Below, piece after piece: positions 1 through 10,915 of a DNA stretch of 64,000 nucleotides. Every line of letters starts with the position of its first letter. The stretch's first letter is position 1. The stretch lies in NCBI GenBank assembly GCA_045605765.1, contig JAZUQQ010000044.1:12466-76465 (forward strand), written 5' to 3'. Origin of the DNA: Eubacteriales bacterium. GTDB taxonomy: Bacteria; Bacillota; Clostridia; Oscillospirales; CAG-272. Position numbers and translations under genes: made by a program. The notes beneath the pieces were generated by a model. The model searched no databases and was not told where the DNA came from. It saw only the letters and a list, made by a program, of their open reading frames with translations.

Positions 1-1
1 T

Positions 2-220
2 TGGGTAGTTGACAACCTCACCGCTATTCAGATGGTTGAGGAAGGCGACGGACTTAAAATTCTCGACGAGAACATGACCGACGAGCCCTACGCGTTCTCT
101 TTCGCATTCGGTTCCGAGGACCTCGTTGCAGAGATCGACTCGATCCTCAAAGGTCTTATCGAGGACGGCACCGTTCAGGCTATCTTCGAGGCACACGGCG
201 AAACCTACGTTAAGCCCTAA
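2..220 (+). CDS. Polar amino-acid ABC transporter substrate-binding protein, C-terminal part (5' end outside window)
   Basis: Frame open from position 2; EPYAFSF...LVAEIDSILKGLIEDGTVQAIF is a typical SBP_bac_3 C-terminus; directly upstream of permease and ATPase. Confidence 0.85.
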   Translation, partial: WVVDNLTAIQMVEEGDGLKILDENMTDEPYAFSFAFGSEDLVAEIDSILKGLIEDGTVQAIFEAHGETYVKP

Positions 221-313
221 GGCTTAAAAACAACTTAAAATCGGCGGCTCCGCAAAATCTGCGGAGCTGCTATCTGCTTAAAAGAATAACTTTTTAAAGG
301 AATTTTAAACTAA

Positions 314-997
314 ATGAACTGGTTTGACAAGCTTCACCAGACCTTTATAGAGGGTAATCGCTACGAGTGGCTTCTCGAAGGTCTGTTAAACACACTTATA
401 ATAACGCTCGGCGCGCTTGTGATCGGTGTCGTCATCGGTACCGTTATCGCCGTTGCAAAATATTTCTGCGAAGGAAACAAAAAGCTTCGCTTCGTGACCT
501 GGATCTGCGATCTTTACACGACCGTTATCCGCGGAATACCGATGACCGTTCTTCTGCTCGTGTTCTTCTATATAGTCCTCGTTTCGACCGACGGCGTTAT
601 CGTTGCGGTCATCGCGTTCGGTATCAACTCGGGCGCTTATATGGCAGAGCTTATCAGAAGCGGTATCAACGCGGTTGACAAGGGACAGATGGAGGCGGCT
701 CGCTCTCTCGGACTTTCCAAGGGTCAGGCGATGGCAAAGATCATCTTCCCGCAGGCTATAAAGAACATTCTCCCCGCGATCGGAAACGAGTGCATCGCGC
801 TTCTCAAAGAAACGTCGGTCGCAGGATACGTCGCGGTCGTTGACCTCACCCGCGCGGCAACCAACATTCGAAACAAGACCTTTGACGCGGTAAACCCGAT
901 CATTCTTCTTGCTCTTATGTATCTCATTATGGTTATATTTATGACCAAACTTCTCTCCGCACTCGAAAGGAGGCTGCGCCGAAGCGATGGAAAATAA
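314..997 (+). CDS. Polar amino-acid ABC transporter permease (HisM/GlnP family)
   Basis: [16 protein letters not shown] and [10 protein letters not shown] (EAA) motifs, hydrophobic segments. Confidence 0.95.
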   Translation: MNWFDKLHQTFIEGNRYEWLLEGLLNTLIITLGALVIGVVIGTVIAVAKYFCEGNKKLRFVTWICDLYTTVIRGIPMTVLLLVFFYIVLVSTDGVIVAVIAFGINSGAYMAELIRSGINAVDKGQMEAARSLGLSKGQAMAKIIFPQAIKNILPAIGNECIALLKETSVAGYVAVVDLTRAATNIRNKTFDAVNPIILLALMYLIMVIFMTKLLSALERRLRRSDGK

Positions 998-1742
998 CAG
1001 CTACATATCAAACGAAACGATAATAAGCGTCAAGGGACTTAAAAAGAACTTTGACAAAAACGAGGTCCTGAAAGGGATCGACATCGACATAAACAAGGGC
1101 GACGTCGTCTGCGTTATCGGCGCGTCCGGATCGGGAAAATCGACCTTCCTGCGCTGCCTCAACCTTCTTGAAGAGCCGAGCGGCGGAAGCATTTTCTTCG
1201 AGGGCGCGGATCTGACAAATTCCAAGGTCGATCTCAATGCCCACCGTCAGAAGATGGGAATGGTTTTCCAGCAGTTCAATCTCTTCCCTCACCTGACAGT
1301 TCTCAAAAACCTTACCCTCGCTCCTGTGATGCTCAAAAAGTTTCCCAAGGAAGCGGCAGAGGCAAAGGCTCTTGCGCTTCTTGAAAGAGTAGGTCTTGCA
1401 GACAGAGCAGATTCTTACCCGAATCAGCTCTCGGGCGGTCAGAAGCAGAGAGTCGCTATCGTCCGCGCGCTCTGCATGGAGCCTGACGTAATGCTCTTCG
1501 ACGAGCCGACCTCGGCGCTCGACCCCGAAATGGTCGGGGAGGTTCTCGACGTTATGAAGGAGCTTGCTCACGAGGGAATGACGATGGTCGTCGTAACCCA
1601 CGAAATGGGATTTGCGCGCGAGGTATCAAACCGCGTTATCTTCCTTGACGAGGGCGTTATCGCCGAAGAAGGCGCACCTTCCGATCTTTTCGGAAACCCT
1701 CAGTGCGACCGTCTGCGCTCATTCTTGGCGAAAGTGTTATAA
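987..1742 (+). CDS. Polar amino-acid ABC transporter ATP-binding protein (GlnQ family)
   Basis: Walker [18 protein letters not shown] signature, [10 protein letters not shown]. Confidence 0.95.
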   Translation: MENNSYISNETIISVKGLKKNFDKNEVLKGIDIDINKGDVVCVIGASGSGKSTFLRCLNLLEEPSGGSIFFEGADLTNSKVDLNAHRQKMGMVFQQFNLFPHLTVLKNLTLAPVMLKKFPKEAAEAKALALLERVGLADRADSYPNQLSGGQKQRVAIVRALCMEPDVMLFDEPTSALDPEMVGEVLDVMKELAHEGMTMVVVTHEMGFAREVSNRVIFLDEGVIAEEGAPSDLFGNPQCDRLRSFLAKVL

Positions 1743-1745
1743 TTC

Positions 1746-1869
1746 CTGAAAAACCTTTTTTGAAAAAGGGTTTTCAGACTTCCCCAAAAACTTTACTAAA
1801 AAGATTTATATTTGTTTTATTAAAAGTTTTTGAGGGTTTTAGGGAACTTTTTTCAAAAAGTTCCCTAAG
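1746..1869. repeat. Palindromic REP/BIME-like repeat, copy A
   Basis: Two AAC(C/T)TTTT-loop-AAAAG(G/T)TT hairpins in inverted orientation flanking CAAAAACTTT...AAAGTTTTTG; same modules recur at eight other loci. Confidence 0.8.
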
Positions 1870-1881
1870 AAAGGAACAACT

Positions 1882-2865
1882 ATGAATTTAAAAAACAGAG
1901 ATTTTTTGAAGCTGCTTGACTTTACGAGCGAGGAGATAACGTATCTTATCGATCTCGCGGCAGAACTTAAAGCGAAGAAAAAGGCGGGGATTCCGCACAA
2001 GATGTGCGAGGGCAAGAACATCGCTCTGATATTCGAAAAAACGAGCACTCGCACGAGATGCGCGTTCGAGGTCGCGGCACACGATCTCGGAATGGGAGTG
2101 ACCTATCTCGACCCCACAGGCTCGCAGATCGGAAAAAAAGAGAGCATCGCAGACACCGCGCGCGTTCTCTCGCGTATGTACGACGGAATCGAGTATCGAG
2201 GATTTGGTCAGGAGATAGTCGAGGACCTTGCAAAATACTCGTCCTGCCCCGTTTGGAACGGTCTTACAAACGAGTTCCACCCCACGCAGATACTCGCCGA
2301 TTTCCTCACGATAAAGGAGCATTTCGGCGGACTTCGTGGTAAAAAGCTCATTTATATGGGTGACGCGCGATACAATATGGGCAACTCGCTTATGGTAGGC
2401 TGCGCGAAGATGGGTATGCACTTCGTTGCCTGCGCACCGAAGAAATATTTCCCGAGTGAAGAGCTTGTAAATGAGTGCAAGAAGGTCGCCGAAAAATCCG
2501 GAGCTATCCTTGAATTCATCGAAGATCCGATGATAGCAACCAAAGGAGCGGACGTCATTTACACCGACGTTTGGGTTTCGATGGGCGAAGCCGACAGCGT
2601 ATGGCAGGAGCGTATCGACGACCTTACGCCGTACCGCGTAACGAAAGCGCTTATGGACAATGCAGGCGAAAAATGCCGCTTTATGCACTGCCTGCCCGCA
2701 TTCCACGATCTGGGAACGGGAATCGGAAAGCAGATAAACGAAAAGTTCGGACTTGACTGTATGGAGGTCACGGACGAGGTGTTCGAGAGCGAGCAGTCGA
2801 TAGTCTTTGACGAAGCCGAAAACCGTATGCACACGATCAAGGCAGTCATGGCGGCAACTCTTTAA
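1882..2865 (+). CDS. argF: Ornithine carbamoyltransferase
   Basis: FEKTSTRTR carbamoyl-phosphate motif, HPTQ, DVWVSMG, FMHCLP, AENRMH. Confidence 0.97.
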   Translation: MNLKNRDFLKLLDFTSEEITYLIDLAAELKAKKKAGIPHKMCEGKNIALIFEKTSTRTRCAFEVAAHDLGMGVTYLDPTGSQIGKKESIADTARVLSRMYDGIEYRGFGQEIVEDLAKYSSCPVWNGLTNEFHPTQILADFLTIKEHFGGLRGKKLIYMGDARYNMGNSLMVGCAKMGMHFVACAPKKYFPSEELVNECKKVAEKSGAILEFIEDPMIATKGADVIYTDVWVSMGEADSVWQERIDDLTPYRVTKALMDNAGEKCRFMHCLPAFHDLGTGIGKQINEKFGLDCMEVTDEVFESEQSIVFDEAENRMHTIKAVMAATL

Positions 2866-2871
2866 CAACTC

Positions 2872-2899
2872 AAAAACAGACCTTGCGGTCTGTTTTTTT
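2872..2899 (+). terminator. Intrinsic terminator after argF
   Basis: AAAAACAGACC-ttgc-GGTCTGTTTTTTT. Confidence 0.85.
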
Positions 2900-2953
2900 C
2901 ATCGATAAATCCCCATTTCATACAATTATATATAATCCGAAACAATTTATGTA

Positions 2954-2982
2954 TTGACAAAAGCTCTGCTTGGAATTATAAT
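2954..2982 (+). promoter_or_regulatory. SigA-type promoter
   Basis: TTGACA-17 nt-TATAAT, perfect consensus. Confidence 0.85.
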
Positions 2983-3042
2983 CAAGGTAGGAAATGTTTT
3001 GATTTTTGAGCCTTTTCAGGCTTTTACTATACGGAGGATAAA

Positions 3043-5913
3043 ATGTTTACAAAGCTCCTTATACGAGGACTTGCACTTTTGCTTGTTCTCGTCACACTTC
3101 TCTCGCTTATGACCGCCTGTGTGCAAAACACCGACGGCAACACTGACACCGGCGAAGGTGACGGTACTCAGGACGACAACACAAGCGGCACCGATACTCA
3201 GACGCCGCCCGCTCCCGAGGCACCGGTAGTCGAGGAAAATCCCGCTATCAAGATAACCGAGCTTATGGTCGTAAATACCGTCGGCGCAGAGGACGCAAGC
3301 GGCAAGACCTCGCCTTGGATCGAATTTTTCAACGCGAGCGACGCTGAGGTCGATCTTTCACAGTATTCTATTCACGTGGACAAGAGCGCGGATGTTCCCC
3401 TGCCCGCTATAAAGATCGCTTCGGGTGAGTATGCTCTCGTTTTTGCTAACGGCGAAAGCACCGACAACTCTGTCGCACTCACGCTGGCCTCGAAGGGCGT
3501 CGTTACGCTCACACACGGCAAGGCGATATGCGAAACATTCCTTTACATCAACAAAACCGCAAATCACTCGTTCGTAAGAGCAAACGGAAGCGAAACTCCC
3601 TTTCCCACGCCCGGATACGAAAACGTGCGCGAGAAGGATAATCTTATAATCAGTGAGCTTATGTCCACGAATTCGCTGTTCCCGATAAACGGTGCGGACT
3701 GCGACTGGATCGAGCTCTACAACGGCTCGGACTACGCGATTGACCTATCAAACTACTATGCCGCGACAGACTCTACCGAACCCTACAAGGCAAGGCTGCC
3801 CGAAATCCTTCTCGAAAGCGGTCAGTACGTCGTTCTCGCCTGCGAGAAGGATCTTCCCTTCAAGCTCTCAAAGGACGGCGAGAGCATCTATATTACCCGT
3901 AACGACGGCGTTCTTGCCGCGTCCGTCACCTACGAAGCGATGGAAAAAAACACCGCTTGGACGCACGACAGAGGCATCGTTGACTACCCGTCGCCCGGAT
4001 ACGAAAACACCGAGAGCGGCTCGACTCTCGCCATAACCTCTCGCCGTGGACTCGTTATATCCGAGGTGGTTTCCTCGAACACGAAATATTCTCCGTTCAA
4101 CAGAAAATACTGCGATATGGTGGAGATATACAACGCTTCCGACGAGCCGATCGACCTTTCTAAATATTTCCTTTCGGACAAGGACAGCACACCTCTGCTC
4201 TACCGTCTGCCCGAGGTCACGCTTGAAAGCGGTTCGTACTATATTATCTACTGCGATACCGATGTCAGCAGCGCGGCTCCTATCGGAATTTCGTCTGACG
4301 GAGAGAACATCTGGCTCACCCGTGAAGACGGCTACGTTTCGGACGCGCTTGCCGTTCCCGACATTCCCGTAAACCGCGCATGGGGACGCTACGGCGACAG
4401 ACTTATCTATTTCGCGACTCCCACTCCCGGGAAGGCAAATCCCGACGGATACGAAACTATAACCAAAACGCCGCTCGCAAGCTCGCCGAGCGGCATTTAC
4501 ACTGAGACTCAGAGCGTAACGCTTTCGGGCGAGGGCACGATATATTACACCACCGACGGTACAAAGCCGTCAACTGCATCAGCGAAATACCATGGAGAAA
4601 CGATAACGGTCAGCAAAACGATGGCGATCCGCGCGATAGCCTACTCGGGTGATAAAATTCCCTCGTACTCTGTTACCTATAATTATTTCATCAAGATTCC
4701 CGAGTACACTCTGCCGGTTATCAAGATATCGATGTCGGAAAACGATCTGTTCGGCTCGAACGGAATATACACGAGATACAATTCCAAGATCGAAAGACAG
4801 GCAAACTGTGCCTTCTATGTAGACGGAAACGAAGAGTTTTCGATCGACTGCGGAATAAAGGTTTTCGGTGCGTTCAGCAGAAGATTTCCGAAAAAGAGCT
4901 TCCAGCTCGAATTCCGCGCAAGCTACGGCAAGGGACGTCTTGAATATCAGATCTTCGAAAATATGAACCTTGACAGCTTCAACAACATCGTTCTGAGAAG
5001 CGGCTCGCAGAACTGCTACGCCACCGACTCGATGATGGCAGACGAGTACGTCGCCTCACTCGCCGCATACAGCGGATATATGCCCGAGGTACTCGTTCAG
5101 GCGTACAGACCTTGCCACCTCTATCTCAACGGAGAATACTGGGGAATATATTTTATCCGCGAAAAGGTTGACGACGATTTTATCGCAGACCATTTCGACG
5201 TTCCCAAGGATAGCGTAACTATCATCGACTGGACGAACACTCTGAACACAGGCAGTACAAGTCAAGGTTGGAGCACGATCTGGAAGAACATCTATACCAA
5301 AAAGCTAAACTTTGCAAACGACGAAAATTACAAATGGCTTGCCGATCAGCTCGATCTCGAAAGCTTTTCGGATATGATGATAATGAGAATGTGGGCGGGC
5401 GACAAGGACCTTCTTAATATAAGAGCGTTCAAATCCCCCTACTACGACAACGGAAAATGGCATTTTATCCTGCACGACAACGATATGAGTCTACGTGCCA
5501 ACCGAACTCGCTTCAATATGTTTTTAAACGATAGCAGTACGAAAAAGACGCATGCTCTTTTCAGGGCTCTTATGGAAAACAAGCAGTACCGCATATATTT
5601 CCTCGATAGGCTCGCTTATCAACTGAGTACCACGCTTTCAGTGGAAAACGCTACGGCGCGTCTGGACGAGATGATCGCCGAGCTCGAAGCTGATATGCCC
5701 TATCAGATCGCGCGTTGGAAGAACGACAACAATTCTTATATGACTCACCTTCCGTCAATGACGCAGTGGAGAGAAAATCTCGATTATCTCTATTACTGTG
5801 TGGGAGAAGTCAAAATACAGAGATTCGTTCAGGACGCCGCGTATTCGCTATCTCTGAACAAGGAAGGAATTGCGAAATATATGGGCGAGGAATTTGCAAA
5901 ATATATGCCCTGA
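3043..5913 (+). CDS. Lipoprotein with three lamin-tail-like domains, chitobiase/beta-hexosaminidase C-terminal-like domain and CotH kinase domain
   Basis: Lipobox LMTAC; three I(T/S)E(L/V)..N...(W/M)(I/V)E..N repeats ending PTPG/PSPG; IYYTTDGTKP; KKSF, LNGEYWGIY...EK, WHFILHDND. Confidence 0.8.
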   Translation: MFTKLLIRGLALLLVLVTLLSLMTACVQNTDGNTDTGEGDGTQDDNTSGTDTQTPPAPEAPVVEENPAIKITELMVVNTVGAEDASGKTSPWIEFFNASDAEVDLSQYSIHVDKSADVPLPAIKIASGEYALVFANGESTDNSVALTLASKGVVTLTHGKAICETFLYINKTANHSFVRANGSETPFPTPGYENVREKDNLIISELMSTNSLFPINGADCDWIELYNGSDYAIDLSNYYAATDSTEPYKARLPEILLESGQYVVLACEKDLPFKLSKDGESIYITRNDGVLAASVTYEAMEKNTAWTHDRGIVDYPSPGYENTESGSTLAITSRRGLVISEVVSSNTKYSPFNRKYCDMVEIYNASDEPIDLSKYFLSDKDSTPLLYRLPEVTLESGSYYIIYCDTDVSSAAPIGISSDGENIWLTREDGYVSDALAVPDIPVNRAWGRYGDRLIYFATPTPGKANPDGYETITKTPLASSPSGIYTETQSVTLSGEGTIYYTTDGTKPSTASAKYHGETITVSKTMAIRAIAYSGDKIPSYSVTYNYFIKIPEYTLPVIKISMSENDLFGSNGIYTRYNSKIERQANCAFYVDGNEEFSIDCGIKVFGAFSRRFPKKSFQLEFRASYGKGRLEYQIFENMNLDSFNNIVLRSGSQNCYATDSMMADEYVASLAAYSGYMPEVLVQAYRPCHLYLNGEYWGIYFIREKVDDDFIADHFDVPKDSVTIIDWTNTLNTGSTSQGWSTIWKNIYTKKLNFANDENYKWLADQLDLESFSDMMIMRMWAGDKDLLNIRAFKSPYYDNGKWHFILHDNDMSLRANRTRFNMFLNDSSTKKTHALFRALMENKQYRIYFLDRLAYQLSTTLSVENATARLDEMIAELEADMPYQIARWKNDNNSYMTHLPSMTQWRENLDYLYYCVGEVKIQRFVQDAAYSLSLNKEGIAKYMGEEFAKYMP

Positions 5914-5938
5914 CCTTTAAGAAAGGATCAAAAGTTTT

Positions 5939-6151
5939 ATGCAAAGCTCAAAAAAGCTGCCCCAAAAGAAGCGGCGGCAGTCAAACTGTGAAAGCTGTGA
6001 ATTTTACGATTACGACGAATTTTACGAGTCCTACTCTTGCAGAGTAAATCTCGATCAGGACGACCAGATCCGTTTTATTTCGGGAGATAGTGCGTCCTGT
6101 CCTTACTATCGCTATTACGACGAATACAAGAGCGTTCAAAAACAAAATTAA
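5939..6151 (+). CDS. Small Cys-containing conserved hypothetical protein (DUF6472-like)
   Basis: CESC...C...CPYY pattern, RBS AAGGA upstream, stop overlaps next RBS. Confidence 0.65.
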   Translation: MQSSKKLPQKKRRQSNCESCEFYDYDEFYESYSCRVNLDQDDQIRFISGDSASCPYYRYYDEYKSVQKQN

Positions 6152-6161
6152 GGAGAAATTT

Positions 6162-6953
6162 ATGATACAGTTTAACGTTTTTCCGGAAGGCAAGAAAAGA
6201 ATTGTCACGTTCAGCTATGACGACGGTCATATAAACGACGTCCGCCTCACTAAGCTTTTCAACAAGTTCGGCGTAAAGGGCACCTTCCATTTAAACGACA
6301 AGCGAGCGGACTTTGACAAACGCAAGGACACGCTCCGTGAGCTCTACCGCGGTCACGAGATCTCCTGTCATACCTCGACTCACGGATTTCTCTCTAATAT
6401 GCCCGCGTCGAGCATTATAAACGAGGTCTTCCAAAACCGTCGCAAGCTCGAGGAGATAGCCGGATATCCGGTGACGGGTATGTCATATCCGTCGGGCGAC
6501 TTTTCAAAAGAGGTCGAAGCCTCGCTTACCGCCTGCGGCATAGTTTACAGCAGAACGGTAATTGCTACCGGAAAATTCGAATTTCCTCAAAACTTTCTTG
6601 AATGGCACCCGACCTGCCATCACAAAGACGCCGTTCCACTCTGTGAAAAGTTTATGGAAAGTCTTGACTCTCAGTGGACGCGTCCGCTTCTCTACATTTG
6701 GGGACACACTCACGAGCTGAGAAACGAGGACGACTGGGCGCATATGGAGAAGATCCTTTCTCTGGTTTCGGGAAGCGACAAGATCTGGTACGCTACGAAT
6801 ATAGAAATCTACCGTTACCGACAGGCGCAGAAGGCTCTCGTCGTATCGACGGACGAAAAAATCCTTTACAATCCCTCGTCGCTCGACGTCTGGGTTGAAA
6901 AAGACAAGACCGACATTATCCATATCCCGGCAGGGAAAACGGTAACTATCTAA
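6162..6953 (+). CDS. Polysaccharide deacetylase family protein
   Basis: TFSYDDG, HEISCHTSTH and YP motifs; AGGAG RBS before ATG 6162. Confidence 0.9.
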   Translation: MIQFNVFPEGKKRIVTFSYDDGHINDVRLTKLFNKFGVKGTFHLNDKRADFDKRKDTLRELYRGHEISCHTSTHGFLSNMPASSIINEVFQNRRKLEEIAGYPVTGMSYPSGDFSKEVEASLTACGIVYSRTVIATGKFEFPQNFLEWHPTCHHKDAVPLCEKFMESLDSQWTRPLLYIWGHTHELRNEDDWAHMEKILSLVSGSDKIWYATNIEIYRYRQAQKALVVSTDEKILYNPSSLDVWVEKDKTDIIHIPAGKTVTI

Positions 6954-6964
6954 TCACACAAAAC

Positions 6965-6999
6965 AAAAAAGCATAGAACCTTTCGTTCTATGCTTTTTT
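6965..6999. terminator. Bidirectional intrinsic terminator
   Basis: AAAAAAGCATAGAAC-cttt-cGTTCTATGCTTTTTT between convergent genes. Confidence 0.85.
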
Positions 7000-7013
7000 G
7001 ATTTTAACAGAAA

Positions 7014-7253
7014 TTAGTCGGCAAATACGGTAATTCTATTCTTGGTGATCTCGGTTACGAGGTCAACAACCCAAGCGATGAAGTTACCAATACCGGTAAC
7101 GAGAACGAGAATTCCTACTACGAGAGTAACGATGTTCTTGGTCTCAAAGTAACGAACGATACGGTAAATGCCTGCAATGAAGCCTCCGAAAAAGATTTGA
7201 AGAAGAATCTTAGCGATCTTCGGAAGGTTCTCATAAGTTTCAGTGATTTTCAT
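7014..7253 (-). CDS. Small membrane protein, unknown function
   Basis: 79 aa, hydrophobic segments, AAGGGG RBS, terminator downstream. Confidence 0.75.
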   Translation of the reverse strand: MKITETYENLPKIAKILLQIFFGGFIAGIYRIVRYFETKNIVTLVVGILVLVTGIGNFIAWVVDLVTEITKNRITVFAD

Positions 7254-7399
7254 TGGTATTACCCCTTTCTGTATTTTATATATTCATTATACACTCACGT
7301 TTGCTAAAAATCAATAGTTTATTGCAAAAAAATCCATTTTTCGTCATTTTCAAGTCCCGAAAATTCAAGGCTTCACAACATTATATTCGCGCGCGACGA

Positions 7400-9466
7400 T
7401 TATATTCCGCCGTTGGCGACCGATCTTGCTGCATCAAATGCACTATGCAGTATATCCATATCATCGCAAAGATCTGCCATACGGAAGTTGAGCGCACCGT
7501 GTTGACGCAGGTCTTTTCCGCGAGAGGCAAAGAAGTCACCAGGTCCGCGAAGGGCAAGGTCTGCCTCGGCTATGCGGTAGCCGTCATTTGTCTCGCAAAG
7601 CGAATCGAGACGCTTTTTGGACTGCTCAGCGGGGTTGTCGCTGACAAGTATGCACCACGATTTGTGCTGACCGCGTCCGACTCGTCCACGGAGCTGATGA
7701 AGCTGAGAAAGCCCGAAGCGTTCGGCGTTTTCGATGACCATAAGGGTGGCGTTCGGTACATTCACGCCGACTTCGATAACTGTCGTCGAGACGAGCACCG
7801 ATATTTCACCCGAAACGAAGCGTGACATCACCGCGTCCTTTTCACTGCTCGGCATTTTTCCGTGCAGGCATGCTATCTTGATATCGGGAAACTTGTCCGC
7901 GAGCTTCTGAGCATATTCGGTCGCGTTTTTGAGCTTTCCTGCACCTTCATTTATCGGATTTCCGAAATAGTCAACGAGAGACGAGGTGTCGGTCTCGCCG
8001 TCCTTCACGTCGCTTGCCTCAATAGACGGGCAAACTATATACACCTGCCGTCCTTCGAGCGCCTGCTTGTGAATAAAGCCGTTAAGCCTTTCTCTGTAAC
8101 TCTCGTCAACGAGGAAGGTCGAGACCTTCTGCCTGCCCGGCGGCAGAGCATCGACAGCGCTATGGTCAAGGTCGCCGTAGATTGACATCGCGAGCGTTCT
8201 CGGTATCGGCGTCGCGCTCATCGCAAGAACGTGCAAATTCTTTCCCTTTGCCGAAAGCATTTCGCGCTGATTTACGCCAAATCTATGCTGTTCGTCGGTA
8301 ACGGCAAGCGCAAGATCGGCAAACTCCACACCCTGCGAAAGAAGCGCGTGCGTTCCTATGACAACTCCCGCCTCGCCCGACGCTATCTCTGCGTAGGCGG
8401 CGTTTTTCTTTGCCTTCGTCATACTTCCGACAAGGAGCGTACACTTTATCCCAAGCCTTCCGAAAAGCTCGGAAAGGTCGTTATAATGCTGAGCTGCGAG
8501 TATCTCTGTGGGTGCCATAAACGCGCCCTGCTTTAAGTTTTTCGTGGTAAGATAAAGAGCTGCCGCCGCACAGAGCGTCTTTCCGCTTCCAACGTCGCCC
8601 GAAACCAGTCGGCTCATCGCCCTGCCCGACGCCATATCGGCGTATATCTCGCGGATAACTCTTGACTGTGCATCTGTGGGAGTAAACGGAAGCGCGTTCA
8701 AAAACTCTCGCTTATCACTATCAGAAAGGGTCAAAGCCACTCCCTGTTTATGCTCGCGCGTCTTTGCGTTTTGCATAATAGCAAGCGCAAACTCGAAAAG
8801 CTCCTCAAAAATGAAATATCTTCTCGCCCTATCAAGCTGAACGAGATTTTGCGGATTGTGTATGATCTTTATAGCCTCAAAAAGGCTGATTAGCGAATTT
8901 TCCTGCCTAATATTATCAGGTATGGTTTCCCCATCTATTTCGACGCCCTCAATGGCAAGCGATATCGCGTTTCTGACGATTTTCTGCGAAAGTCCCGCGG
9001 TTAATGGATAAATCGCGTAAAAATCGGGAAGAGTACGCGAAAGTGCGGTCGCTTCAAAATCGGGCGCGGACATACTCCACGAGTTTTTCGTCCTCGTCAC
9101 CTTGCCGTAAAAGCGGTATGTCTCCCCTGTGTGGAAAAGCTGTTTTATATAGCTCTGATTGAAAAACACGACCTGACATTTTCCGCTTTCGTCAAAGACG
9201 GTGAATTTGGTCAGATTCATTCCTCTTTTGACCGTGACCGACTTCGGTTCGCTTCCGACGGTCAGTATCATAGACGAGGTCTCGCCCGACATCGCCGCCT
9301 CGCAAAGAGTTTTGATGTCTCCTCTGTTCTGATATGCTCTTGGATAGAGGCGCAGAAGGTCTCCGACGCTGAAAACGCCAAGCGTTGCAAAAAGCTGGGC
9401 GCGCTTTTCTCCGATGCCCGCAAGCGCAGTTATCGGAGAGGTCATTGTTATCTTTTTGCCTGCCAC
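7400..9466 (-). CDS. recG: ATP-dependent DNA helicase RecG
   Basis: GDVGSGKT, DEQHRFG, SATPIPRT, QLRGRVGRG, DLALRGPG; GTG start with GGAGG RBS. Confidence 0.97.
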   Translation of the reverse strand: MAGKKITMTSPITALAGIGEKRAQLFATLGVFSVGDLLRLYPRAYQNRGDIKTLCEAAMSGETSSMILTVGSEPKSVTVKRGMNLTKFTVFDESGKCQVVFFNQSYIKQLFHTGETYRFYGKVTRTKNSWSMSAPDFEATALSRTLPDFYAIYPLTAGLSQKIVRNAISLAIEGVEIDGETIPDNIRQENSLISLFEAIKIIHNPQNLVQLDRARRYFIFEELFEFALAIMQNAKTREHKQGVALTLSDSDKREFLNALPFTPTDAQSRVIREIYADMASGRAMSRLVSGDVGSGKTLCAAAALYLTTKNLKQGAFMAPTEILAAQHYNDLSELFGRLGIKCTLLVGSMTKAKKNAAYAEIASGEAGVVIGTHALLSQGVEFADLALAVTDEQHRFGVNQREMLSAKGKNLHVLAMSATPIPRTLAMSIYGDLDHSAVDALPPGRQKVSTFLVDESYRERLNGFIHKQALEGRQVYIVCPSIEASDVKDGETDTSSLVDYFGNPINEGAGKLKNATEYAQKLADKFPDIKIACLHGKMPSSEKDAVMSRFVSGEISVLVSTTVIEVGVNVPNATLMVIENAERFGLSQLHQLRGRVGRGQHKSWCILVSDNPAEQSKKRLDSLCETNDGYRIAEADLALRGPGDFFASRGKDLRQHGALNFRMADLCDDMDILHSAFDAARSVANGGI

Positions 9467-9599
9467 TCGGACGTCCTCCTTTAAAGAAATTTCTTAATAA
9501 AATGATACCATAGCGAACAATATTTGTCAAGAACCCTTGAATAAGCCAAAAGTATTTGCTATAATAAGGAGTATAATACCGCCTACGAAGGGAGCCTCT

Positions 9600-10124
9600 A
9601 TGGAATTTGACAAAAGCGCAAGCTGCTGCTTTACCGGTCACCGCAACATATCCGATGACGAAAAGCAAAGGGCTTCCGACGAGATAAAAAGAATAGTCCG
9701 CACGCTTGTCCGACACGGAGTTCGTCATTTTATTGCAGGCGGTGCGCTCGGATTTGACACGGTAGCCGCTGTGACGGTCATAAATATGCGCGACAACGAG
9801 GTCCTGACCGATGCAGACGGAAACGAAGCCAAAATACACCTTACCATTGCCGTTCCCTGCCCTCAGCAGAGCGCACGATGGTCGTTTGCAGATCGAACAC
9901 TGTATAACAGCATACTCCACTCTGCCGACGAGGTGGTAACTTTGTCCGATCACTACACTGGCGAGTGTATGTTTATCCGTAACAGATATATGGTCGACAG
10001 ATCTACCTACTGCATCTCTTACGTCACACATCGGCGCGGCGGATCATATTATACTATGAGCTATGCTCAAAAATCGGGGCTTGGCGTTATCAACATCGCG
10101 CCCGATATAAATGGAGAAAAATGA
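9600..10124 (+). CDS. SLOG superfamily (YspA/DUF1273-like) protein
   Basis: CCFTGHR, GGALGFD, RNRYMVD, GGSYYT motifs. Confidence 0.8.
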   Translation: MEFDKSASCCFTGHRNISDDEKQRASDEIKRIVRTLVRHGVRHFIAGGALGFDTVAAVTVINMRDNEVLTDADGNEAKIHLTIAVPCPQQSARWSFADRTLYNSILHSADEVVTLSDHYTGECMFIRNRYMVDRSTYCISYVTHRRGGSYYTMSYAQKSGLGVINIAPDINGEK

Positions 10125-10858
10125 ACGAAAGAGAAATTATACTCGATTTTTACAAAAGCGACCCTGTCGGCGCAAAGGACGCGCTCGACCGCCTCGATAC
10201 GGGAGATTGCGCGGCGTACATAATCGGGGAGTGGTATTTCTGGCGGCACACCTTCAAGGTGAACCGCGCGTGTCTGATACCGCGACCGGACACCGAATGT
10301 CTGGTCGAGATATCCATACGCGACCTGCCGAAAAACGCGGTGTTCGTCGATTTCTGTACGGGAAGCGGCTGTATCGCCCTGTCGATTCTCTATGACCGAC
10401 CTGACCTTACAGCAATTGCCATTGACATATCGGGTGAGGCTCTTGAAGCGGCAAAGGAGAACGCGCGTTTGCTCGGGCTTTCGGACAGAATAACCTTTGT
10501 AAATGCCGATCTTCTTAATAAAGATCCTCTTGAAAACGGGGTTTTTAGCGCCATTATATCAAATCCGCCTTATATCAGGACGGCGGTGGTGAGCGAGTCC
10601 CCCGACCTTTTGCCCGAACCGAGAATCGCGCTTGACGGCGGAGATGACGGGCTTGTCTTTTATCGGCATTTCGTCAAAGCTTTTGCAAAAAATCTCGGAG
10701 ATGACGGAAAATTCATTTTTGAGATTGGATTTGATCAGCGCGAAGATATAATAAAAATCGCAAACGAGTGCGGTTTTTCCTGCAAGGTAACAAAGGACTA
10801 TGCTTCAAATGACCGTGTTGCAGTTTTGAGAAAACAGAAGATACAATCTTTTAATTAA
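10121..10858 (+). CDS. prmC: Release factor glutamine methyltransferase (short N-terminal domain)
   Basis: YIIG, LIPRPDTE, DFCTGSGCI, SNPPYI, ALDGGDDGL, EIGFDQ. Confidence 0.92.
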   Translation: MNEREIILDFYKSDPVGAKDALDRLDTGDCAAYIIGEWYFWRHTFKVNRACLIPRPDTECLVEISIRDLPKNAVFVDFCTGSGCIALSILYDRPDLTAIAIDISGEALEAAKENARLLGLSDRITFVNADLLNKDPLENGVFSAIISNPPYIRTAVVSESPDLLPEPRIALDGGDDGLVFYRHFVKAFAKNLGDDGKFIFEIGFDQREDIIKIANECGFSCKVTKDYASNDRVAVLRKQKIQSFN

Positions 10859-10915
10859 AGTTTCTAGGAAGGTTTGGAAACACTTTATACAATAAGGTTT
10901 CCAAGAAAACAAAAA

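Noticed and set aside
9514-9526. Possible LexA box (CGAACaataTTTG) in recG promoter
   Set aside because: Right half-site does not match GTTC/GTTT; too weak to call
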